Shown piece by piece: positions 53,640-64,000 of a DNA stretch of 64,000 nucleotides. Origin of the DNA: Trichoplax adhaerens (taxonomy: Eukaryota; Animalia; Placozoa). The notes below the pieces were generated by a model. It had not been told where the DNA came from. It worked only from the letters and a program-made list of their open reading frames with translations, and made no database searches. The stretch is taken from assembly GCF_000150275.1 (NCBI RefSeq), contig NW_002060971.1:227212-291211 (forward strand), written 5' to 3'. Every line of letters starts with the position of its first letter. The first letter of the stretch is position 1. The position numbers were made by a program, and so were the translations under genes.

Positions 53640-54205
53640 AGTTATAAATTATATCACCAGTTAGTTCAATCATTAACCTTGACTGGCTTCAAAAGGAATG
53701 GAATATCGACTATATTGATGTTTAGATGAAATAGATAATGTTTAGAGGATGTTTACCTGAAGATAGATTTGACGTGCGACGGTCACTACAGCTTGGTAAG
53801 AGTGACTACTAATTACTGTACAAATAATTGACGTAAGAACAGGACAAATATATAGCATAAATTCCGCAGAACCGGTAACTGCTGAACTTTACAACTGTTC
53901 TAAAATTTCCTTGGTAGATTAATTATAAATTATATCTCGGGTTAGCGATATAATTTTTAACTATATCCACCAAGGCGATTTTGCTTCTATCACTGACTTT
54001 TGTCGATCTTAAAAAGGAATAGATAACGTATATGCTGATGCTTGGCTTTAACAGCTAATGATTATAATGTATTTAGCTGAAAATATATTAGATATACGAA
54101 AGTCGACATGTCTGGGTAAGTGGGTTTGCAAATTCTTTATGATTAACGCAAGAGCAGGATAAATATAACGTGAATTCAGTGAAACTGGCAACTACTAAAC
54201 ATTGT
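53640..54205. repeat. Diverged direct duplication x2 (~280 bp)
   Basis: TTATAAATTATATC...AAAAGGAAT...GGTAAG...AAGAxCAGGAxAAATAT...AACxGGxAACTxCTxAAC occurs twice. Confidence 0.7.
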
Positions 54206-57200
54206 GCAATGTTGTTGTTCATGCTATAAACTATTTTTAATATTTCTATTACAACATTGACAGATTAATTCTATAACAGCGTTGAATAATTAACAAAGCG
54301 TTTTATAAATTTTAAATTATTCATATACTATATAAATGAATCTCGTTCGATTTGTTGTCATTTTATGGTACGTAGCTCGTATGTTGGCTCTAAAATTAAA
54401 TTTAACTCTGTTGTTGCGTTAAATTTAAAACATGAAAGATGTTTATGCTAATTGCTTTGATCTTTTGATATTGCTATTTATTTCACCCGCCCATATCCTA
54501 CGATCAATGATATTAGGAATACTAATTTGTCAATAGTACAGGATATTAGATCAATTATATTAGGATTGATGATATTTACAAAACACATTTTTTGACATAT
54601 CTGTTAGATCACTAAAAATGATACTATATCCGCAGTATCAGCAAGACTTAGCTAATAATATTGATACTTTCTGTACCACAATAACTAATAATGGTGTCAA
54701 TATCTTGGTTAGACTACAATAATTATTGTTAGTAGCCAGTTATATAAATGACTTCAATATTGTAATTGCAGTAATGATAATTGATACTTGCGGTGTAGTA
54801 GATAATTATCTCTTTGCTTTGATAAGTTATGCATTAACATCAGATTGACAATTTATTACTCTTGAGAAGCTCATTTCTACTGTTACAGACTGGGGGTTAA
54901 TTTTCTAAACATTCTAAATTAAATGAATTATCTTATAGCTCGATATAATACAGCTAGATGCATTATTTTATCTCAGATAACTATTTACAGCTCATTTACT
55001 ATACCATTTATTGGCTTAGTTTATTTGATTCATGCTATTACTGTATATTGTTGAATGCTATGATCACCCAAGAAAATATTCACTAATTCATATAGCTAAT
55101 CAGTTGGTTATAGAATTTTGCCTTAAATTCCATGATATATCGTATCAACTTGTTTTAAGGTCAAATTATCTATTGATTTAGCAATAATTTTTACGCCTTC
55201 AATTAATTTAATTTTAAATTTTACTGTATGCGCCGTAATATGTGTAAGCACTGCATTATATATCGCGTAACAACATGCTTTTACCGATATTATTTTGGAA
55301 TTCGCGGTATCCAATTGAAGTATCCTGCTCTGATTTCTATATCTAGATAAATGCTTAGTTCCTCCTACAAATATTATCTGATTTCTTAGAAAATTTGTGC
55401 TATTACCGCGTTGATAGAGAATAGAGTCTTACTAAAACATTCTTAGCAGAAATTTTTCATGCAGTACATTATATTGGACAGTATTTGATCGTACTGGAAG
55501 GAAAAATTGATACCATCATTTGCATGCCATAGACAACACTTTATGGCAATTTCATTCTTTAAAAAATTGGCTGTTAGTTTATTCTGGTCCTTGAATAGTA
55601 GAAGATATTGCATTTATCATAGAAGTAGTTGGTTGTTTATTCTTATGAATAGAATTGAGAAACCTGCCACAGATCAATAAAATTCTTGAACTTTCTGAAT
55701 AAGAGATGGTATGAATTGCTGGAGTAAAATAGGTTTACATGTTGCATCATCTTGGAAACTAGCCTTTTCATTTATCTCTACTGCTTAAGTTATAGACACT
55801 AAATTTTAGAACTAGCTCTTAAGTTACTGAATTTGAAAATCTCTGATTAGGCTATCTAGTGTTTAAATTCTGATTAGAATGATTTTAGAAGTTGAGGTCG
55901 TACTAATGACGGAAGAGTTTCCATCATCAATAAAATGGCTATGATATATTTTAGCTTAATATTGGTAATATTATTTCGCTTTTCACTTTGTACAATAAGA
56001 TTTCTCCAAATAGCATAACCCCAGATTGACCGGATATATCATACAGGATAATTGAGAATATATAAGAATGACCATTCATCTAGCGCTAGGATGTCATTGT
56101 TATTATAAAAGGAGAGGCCGGAAATGTAGTTCTGATATTTAACCTAAGGAAATAATATTACTTTAAATTGTCTGGGTATTTATTGTCGAAGGATAAACAC
56201 ATCTTCCAGGAACGGTGATGTAAATCAAGAGGATTAAACAGCTTGTAAAATTTAAATATACTGCTATTTAGCTATTTTGATAATTTTAAATTATAGGATA
56301 TATCGTTACGATCGTGACAATTTCAGCTTGCTTGCTGTATATGATTAGAGCGAAACGTTCTTGGAATAAGCTATTAAAATGGAATGATTAGATTTTATGA
56401 GCATTCTCTCATATGTCTTTTCCAAGTGTATTTATTCTATAATCCTTGTCCATGTAGCTATTCACTATTCAGGGGTCAAATTTAGTATTGTAGTGCCACT
56501 CCAATCATGATCTATGTAAATATCCGTTCTTAACATAAGTAACGCAGTTTTATTTACAAAAAATAAATTTAATATCCTTTTACTGCCACTGCTAAGGTGA
56601 TGACAATCTATTTATTTTATATTATACTAGTGTTACTTATTATAAAATCAGCCGAGCATTTATTAGAGTACAAGATAGAGAATATCGAAAGCTGCTTTAT
56701 CCTGATCAGTCATCAGATAAATGGATTTCATAATTTGCTTTCTATCGTTATAGATGCGATATTAGACGAAGGTATTCCGAGCATTTGTTAGAGATAGGCT
56801 TTATTAGGATGCAAGGTAGACAAACATTAAGGCTTAGTTGTTATAGTTAGTGATTGAAAGGATTTAAATCTGCAACTTTGCCCATACCAAGATTTAGTAG
56901 CGTTTGAAGTCATACTCGAATTTATTAGTGTTTATTATAGCCTAATTATAGTTCGATATTGGAAATAGATATTTGAGTACTGTATTAGCTATAAGAATAA
57001 AAGATAGATTACAGTTTAAGCATCTTTGTAATAATTATATCTGTAATCAAAGATTAGGAGATGTAAGGGTTTATATTGTTAGAAGTATAACGCGATATCG
57101 GATTAAAGGACTTTATCCTACATCAAATAAGTTTATTCTAAGTTTTGTTTATAACAGATGTAATAGACAGCTGTTGACATAATAACAATTTGTGCCGTTC

Positions 57201-60200
57201 AATGATTTAGTTGAGGTTAATGACTATTTTATGTTAAGAGGATTTGGAAGAAGACTACCTTTCCCTTTTATTTCCTTTTGTACATTGTGTAAGAATAAAT
57301 AGTTTGTTATTTACGAAGTCGAGATGAATGAAATCATAGATTGGAAGTAAACTTTTATAATGTTTAATTTCTTTCATCATTTTAAATAACATCTGCTAAG
57401 TTAAAGCTAATAACAGCTGATGAAAACCGTGTTGATTTTCTGCATTGTATAAACTTCCGTCATTTTCCGACTGGATTTTTGGTACGATGAGCATAAAAAG
57501 TTGGATGATTGTCGATCTGTCATGTCCATTATAACTACATACAGTGCTGTACTATGTACAGAAGTTTCTCGTCTTCCTTCTGTTGCCTTGCTATAGTGTG
57601 ACTAGAAAATAAAAAGTATTATAGTTTACTGATTGGAATTTACGTGTTTGGTAGCTAGTTAATGATTGATTTTAATTGTACTTTATTACCTATCATGTAT
57701 AAGCATGAAATGCACGGTAGGCAGGCCAGACATGAACTTAATATCAGATATGACCCGAATGCTTCTTTAATTTATTCATTAACCTTAATCTTATTCTTCG
57801 GTTGTAGGGCTATAAGATCAAATTTTTTTCTAGCTTTATTAATATTAAAGAATGAATTGAAAATAGCCACAGTTGTTAAATAATGCCTCTTTATTGGAGT
57901 CATTATAATTGGGCATTTTCAGAATCAATTATCAAGATCCCGTAAATAAAGCATAATATCTTATTTGTCATTGGTGTTGTTGTTTCATGTACAGGAGAAA
58001 TTGCATTAAAATTGTTAGGGTCAAATCTCTTCAAACCCAATCCCTTTTAATTGATCTACTACGATATTCTAAACGCGAGCGTAGAACCTAACGAAGAGAA
58101 TTTAACTTATTTTAACAACCGTTATTGCAAATTCAGATATTCTGCGCTTGTAAAAATTAGACAAATAACTGAGCGCTTTGTCTATTTCTACCATTCTAAT
58201 TTTATTTGGAAAGAGGGCGATTTTACCAACTGTTTTGAAATTTCCTTTAATCATTAGGTCTAGTATTGGTCGTTTAAAATTATATTGATAGCATCATTGA
58301 CATCGATACTACGGTTTGAAGGTTAATTTGGGTCTTGAATAACTGTTAAGACGCACTCTATGTTTACGATACTCTATTTATTTAGTCAAAAATAAGGTTA
58401 AGATTTTTGCGCTCCCATGAAAGACTATATCTAGATGTTACATATTGATTATAATAAAAGCTTTATTTTATGGGCTAATTAATCGTTTCTTTCTATTTGT
58501 TATCTTTTAATTTACAGTTACCATTGAAGCTCGTACATAGTATTTTATTCATTGACAAATGCCTGAGTAGGTAGCGAGGTATGATTAAAGGATGTGGTGT
58601 TTATATTATCTTGTATCAAAAAAACAACTGAAATATTGGGGTAAAATCGAATATAGGCTAAGTATATAAATGTATGTATACTTGAATCAGCCAGAATGAC
58701 GACTTTTGAATTGGAATTCATTATAGGCGATTTATTATAACTATTCTTTCTTACATATGCAAATCCATTCCGGTATATAAAAAAATAACGGAATTGAACT
58801 GGTGTCTGTCGATTTTGCTTTGTGCAGTTGTAGATGCAATACAGTATCATTTTGAGATGACTATTTATTGGATAAGAGCGATCGTCTTAAGAGTTTCCTT
58901 AAATGCTTCTATACCATAACGGAAATACGCTAATAAAAAACCCTTGCCGTAATTTCTAGATATTAAAATGTATATCTCAATATTTGTAACATCAATGCGG
59001 ATTAATAAGCATGATATAAACTTAGATCGACTATGATACATACTAATATTCATAATAACAACATTTCAGGCATTAGCCGTTTCTTATATATGATACAGTT
59101 ATAGTTGGAATTATTCTTCATACCTTTGTGGACCAAATGGAGAGCAGGAAATAGAATACGATTTGATACTGATAAAGCCGACAGATAGATGGAACTGCTA
59201 TGTATCTGCCGACAAGACCAGCTTCAAAACTACCGACTTATTATCAAGTTGATGATGAACATGTCTCATAAAATCGACAAGACCAGCTTCAATATCCACA
59301 AAGTTGATGATGAGCCTGTCTGCAATTTTTTTCTATCTTGAAGAATGTTCAAAAAGAACGTTATAATACGCCATTTTTGCAGTTACAAATTACTAATTAT
59401 TCTACCTCTGTAAATAAGCAGCATTCATGCAATAGTACAAGTGGTTGGTAGCAATTATAAAATCTGTCATTTCAGACATGGTCTACTATACTATTACTGG
59501 CTGTTAAGGAGCAACAATTACATAGCTGCTGTAGCCTAATTTCCTTAAGATTACCTATCTAGAAATGTGTTTATGTTGATTTATCTATGACGTTTTATAT
59601 GTTTTTAATTAATAGATCAGTGTATAATTTTACAATATTATTATTTATGTACTAATAACTCCTGTTGAAGTAGATTTACTATAGATTAGCTGATTTTCTC
59701 AATCGAGTTTGGGTTCAGATTTGTCGAAGAGAGGAGATTGCCAGTATTTAGAGTATTTAGAGGGGGTGTGGGTAAGTGTCGAGCAGGACAAAACTGACAG
59801 TAGCAGTTTTAATTTTTCGTCATTATAAAATTTGTAATACTGGCTAATACTGCAGTCTAGCTCACAGCCGTATAAACTACGTCATGGATAAAATTCGATC
59901 ACTCTGAGTTTAAAAAGGTAACGAAAAGTTTGCAGATAAATGTGAATTTACAGCAATGCGGCGCTACGTCTACATCCTTCAAGAGGATAATAAACCTATC
60001 GTGCGAGAAGCAAATGGTTCATTTTTCGCGTTATGGGATAGAATTCACGAATAAGATAATACAGCCTAGGATAGTCATAGGGCTGTCGTTGAGTAGCATA
60101 GGTAACATGCATGAAATTCTAAAAATCGATATGCTCAAAGTATTCACAGACATCTCGTTTTCTGGAAGCTACTTCGAGAGAGCAAGTACAGGATTGACAT

Positions 60201-60924
60201 TAGATGATAAATGGAAAGTTTATAGAAAGGGTACAAACAAAGATATTCTATATTAACTAGAGGTGCTTTAGTGATATTGTGTATGATTTGCATAGGGATT
60301 TACTGTGGCCTAACAAGTATGATTGACTCATCATTATCGTTGAAAGTACAGTAAATCATAAATACTGTACTGATATTGCTCTATTGAAAACAGATAGAGA
60401 TACAAAATGGCAAAATTGTTGATGGTTGTAACCGTGGCTACCCACTAAGTATACTTTAAAAAGTATAGTATTGCTCATCACTTTCATCGATCCGAAAGAC
60501 AAGCACAACCTTGAGAAAGTTATAGTACATTGCCTAAAGTACTTTCAACACGTCTGAATTTTTCCTTAGATCAAATTGTCATTTTCAGTGGCATAAAGTA
60601 CCAACCGTGAGTACTATGGCGTTGTCAGTCGAGGAACACCATAATAACATCAATTTCGCAAGCGATTTGCGCAGCTATGGACGACTAGAAAAAAAATCTA
60701 GAAGTAAACTTGTTGTTGTTGCTCTGGAGGTCCATCAGGCAGCCGACTGGCGGTTACCAAAATGATCATTCTCTTAGCACATATTAACACGGATTACTAG
60801 ATACTCTATCGGATGTAGTGTCTCGATCTAGTAGTCTATGATCTCATCCATCGCTAGCAAAAAATAATGTCGCCCATAAGGGGCTTGTGGAACTGTCAAC
60901 GGTAGCAAATGAATGGCCATGGAT

Positions 60925-61228
60925 AATTATCATTTTTTTAGGGGGGGGGGCAGAGTAGAGTGCTATTTTTGAAGCTTACCCTTTAGGAGTTGAGTGTGTA
61001 AATAATCTATCAGAGTAAGGTAGACAATTATCATTTTTTTTGGGGGGGGGCAGGATAAGACTGCTATTTTTGAAGCTTACCCTTTAGGAGTTGAGTGAGT
61101 AAATAATCTATTAGAGTAATTTAGGCAATTATCATTTTTTTGGGGGGGGGCAGGATAGACTGCTATTTTTGAAGCTTACCCTTTAGGAGTCGAGTGTGTA
61201 AATAATCTATCAGAGTAAGGTAGACAAT
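60925..61228. repeat. Tandem repeat, 101-bp unit x3, each with a T7-8/G9-10 tract
   Basis: Near-identical units start at 60925, 61026, 61127 (AATTATCATTTTTTT-GGGGGGGGGCAG...GAAGCTTACCCTTTAGGAG...). Confidence 0.95.
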
Positions 61229-61539
61229 GTTGAATACATCACGTATAGCCAAGACAGGACAAGGTAAATGGATCAAGTTGAGTGCTGCACTTGTACAGTT
61301 CTTGCTTTCCATTTTTAGCAGCCATGAATGAATATTATTCTACGAGCATATTGACGATGATAACAATTTTGTTTCAAAATCAGATATCAGGATGGATCGT
61401 AGCGCTGCCCTTTCTGGAGAAACTTGGAGTTTGTTTCATGAACAACAACATATGCGTATCTAGTAGCACGGTTTTCAATCAATGGAGAAGAACTCGTTAC
61501 TTTAATGGATGAATGAGTGATTTAATAATTTATAGCCAG

Positions 61540-62175
61540 GTACTAATCAAGTTCATCCACTGTTTCCCACTGCTGATTTTACTTGGCTAGCAATCTTATC
61601 ATCGTACCTATGCCTACCCTACTCTATTCTTGCCCAATGCCTAGTCTACACTCGTGTGAAATTCAATCCAATAATGATCATAATACCACTATTCTAGCAA
61701 TATAGAATATCAAGACATCCTTCATGCATTACTTAATTCACCACTGGTTCGCCTCCTTTAACTAGCAATCGCATCGTTGTATCTGGTTGTATCGATGCCT
61801 ACGCTATCCCTGTCTAATGCCCATGATATACTCGGGTGAAATTCAATCCAACAGCGACCATAATACCATTATTAAAGCAATGGACATAAAATGAAGAAAT
61901 CGTTTACGTACTGGTTAAATCGCTGGTGGTTCGCCTTTTTTAACTAGCAATCGCATGATCGTAGCGATGCCTACTCTATTCGTACCCACTCGAGTGGAAT
62001 GGAATCTAATCGTGACCATGATACCCCTGTTATAGCAATATAGAATCAAGACATCGTTCACGTACTGCTTTGAAATCATGGCTAGTTCGCTTCCTTTAAC
62101 TAGCCATGCCAGCGCATCATCGCACCTAGATCTACTCTATTCCTGTCCACGATACACTCGAGTGAAATTCAATTT
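61540..62175. repeat. Diverged tandem repeat, ~155-180-bp unit x ~4
   Basis: CTAGCAATC-like anchor at 61587, 61762, 61944, 62100. CTCGxGTGAAATTCAAT and ATGCCTAC.CTAT recur in the units. Confidence 0.85.
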
Positions 62176-62178
62176 AAT

Positions 62179-62768
62179 CTTTCTACTACTGTACTGTGAT
62201 GATTTATGAAAGCTTTGATTACTATTGCAAGATATCTAGTTGACTACAGTACTGTATGGATGCTTATTTACTCCAATCTGCAGTACTTCAAGAGAAAATT
62301 GAAGTAGTCGATGAAGGGGGGGAGGAAAAAAACTTTCTACCACTGTACTGTGATGATTTGTGAAAGCCTGGATGACGATTGCACGATTGTCAATGAAGAT
62401 CTCTAGTTCACTAATAAGGTACAGCATGGATGCTTATTTACTCCAATGCAGTGCAGATTGGACACTTTCAATTTTCTCTTGGAAAATTGAAGTAGTCGAT
62501 GAAAAGGGGGAGGAAAAAAACTTTCTACCACTGTACTGTGATGATTTGTGAAAGCCTTGATGACGATTGCACGATTGTCAATGAAGATCTCTAGTTCACT
62601 AAGGTACAGCATGGATGCTTATTTACTCCAATGCAGTACAGATTGGACACTTTCAATTTTCCGAAAATTGAAGTAGTCGATGAAAAAGGGGGGGGGGGGA
62701 AAACAACTTTCTACTACTGTAATGTGATGATTTGTAAAAGTTTTGATGACGATTGTATGCTTGTCAAG
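62179..62768. repeat. Tandem repeat, ~187-bp unit x ~3.3, high identity
   Basis: CTTTCTACxACTGTAxTGTGATGATTT at 62179, 62333, 62521, 62707. Each full unit carries GGATGCTTATTTACTCCAAT and GAAAATTGAAGTAGTCGATGAA followed by a G-run. Explains the duplicated spurious ORFs at 62236-62909. Confidence 0.93.
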
Positions 62769-64000
62769 GACAACTTTTTTATTGTCTTGTGTTCTTCTTG
62801 TTTATTTACTCGTCAGATTCTAATTATTGGAAAAAAAAATGTGTTATCCCTTAATTATAAAAGGACGTCGATTATCTGCCTCCCTACCTATCTTAGTAAC
62901 GCCTACTGAACTCGTCGGAAGTAAATCTATTTCAGCAAGCGTAAAATAGGACTAAAAATAGAAGGCAAAATCTTTTCTTTCTACCTCGACAATAGACAGC
63001 ATCCATAGTGTCATGGACTGCATGCCTAATGGACTTAATGATACAGTCCATTATGTGAAGGGGAAAGACAGGAAATGGACATAAAGATACACCTGGACAA
63101 CACTCTCCAATAGCATGCCATGGCAGAATCGATTTTACTGCATGCAATCTTGCCTTTCCTTATCTTGGCTTGCGGTAGAATACTGCCGCTATCCTAGTGC
63201 TATACCGTACCATACAGTCGATGATTGCCTATCGGTCAAGACGAATCATTGCTCGCCTTTCCATCGTCAAGTGGGACGGACGCTAATCAACGCCGATTTA
63301 AAATCATCCAAAGCATTCTAGCCATGATCATTTAAATGGGATTGATCGTAAAACAAGATAGCAAATCACCAATTACGTCATGATGCTCCAGTAAGATTGT
63401 ATTGATCATCGATTTATCCCTATTGCTACTCGATTCTACGCGTTGATTGGAATCGCAAGCCAGCAACATTATCGTTTTGTCGACAATTTTCATTCATTAT
63501 CCTTTGTTGAAAGCTTCCATGGCTTTCGGTTGTCTTCCATCTTGGACAATGTTGAAGACAGTTGTAGTTTATCCTAGGATAAGTTATAATGGATGGATTA
63601 TAATTTTGATTTCATTCCTATTGATATTGCCGACAACGTGGACATTACCAGGTAGGCTAGGAGAATAGCGATACTGGATGCTCGAAAAATGATTCTTTCA
63701 TTCCTCCATCATCGCTAGTTAATATCAATTAACTTTCCATCGGATAGTGCATTCAAAAAATAAAAAATGAACAAATATCCACTCATGTATATGTCGATAT
63801 CCCATTTTGGATTACAGTTGTGCATCAATCAACTTGATCAACATGGCTATCAACTGATGTTGATTCATGTTTATTTGCAGCACTAATCGCTTGAAATTCA
63901 ACATCGATCTAGTTTGATTTTTCACCTTCATTCTTCTTCATCATTTCAATACAACGGTTACTTTAAGCAAAACTGATTTCTATTCTATCTTGGTGTATGG

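Noticed and set aside
59930-60256. 108-aa ORF
   Set aside because: TTG start, no recognisable domain or splice context.
62236-62909. Repeated short ORFs on both strands
   Set aside because: By-products of the 187-bp tandem array; indels in homopolymer runs break frames between copies.
63810-63960. Coiled-coil-like fragment on - (NRCIEMMKKNEGEKSN*IDVEFQAISAANKH)
   Set aside because: Internal stop, at the window edge, and no diagnostic domain; cannot be supported.

Overview
AT-rich eukaryotic (metazoan) genomic DNA with short GT-AG introns. Composition and gene style suggest an early-branching animal such as a placozoan, which is inference only. The supplied ORF track ignores splicing, so gene models were rebuilt by hand. 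Six genes are supported: the 3' part of VPS39 (20 exons, +), three six-exon SLCO/OATP organic-anion transporter paralogs (one on -, two on +), an alkaline ceramidase ACER3 with an intronless CDS (+), and an 11-exon adhesion/secretin-type 7TM GPCR with no visible GAIN/GPS domain (-). Beyond these I see a heavily decayed Ig-repeat plus trypsin-like protease pseudogene between the SLCO genes, and a probable gene-conversion tract between the two inverted SLCO paralogs. Upstream of ACER3 there is a candidate ~215-nt structured RNA unit (TATA, terminal stem, T7) whose core is loosely antisense to U6 snRNA, next to a TA-flanked MITE-like element. There is also an 11-copy 79-bp array upstream of one SLCO gene, many local tandem duplications, and three nearby tandem arrays at the right end. 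No rRNA, tRNA or CRISPR array was recognised.
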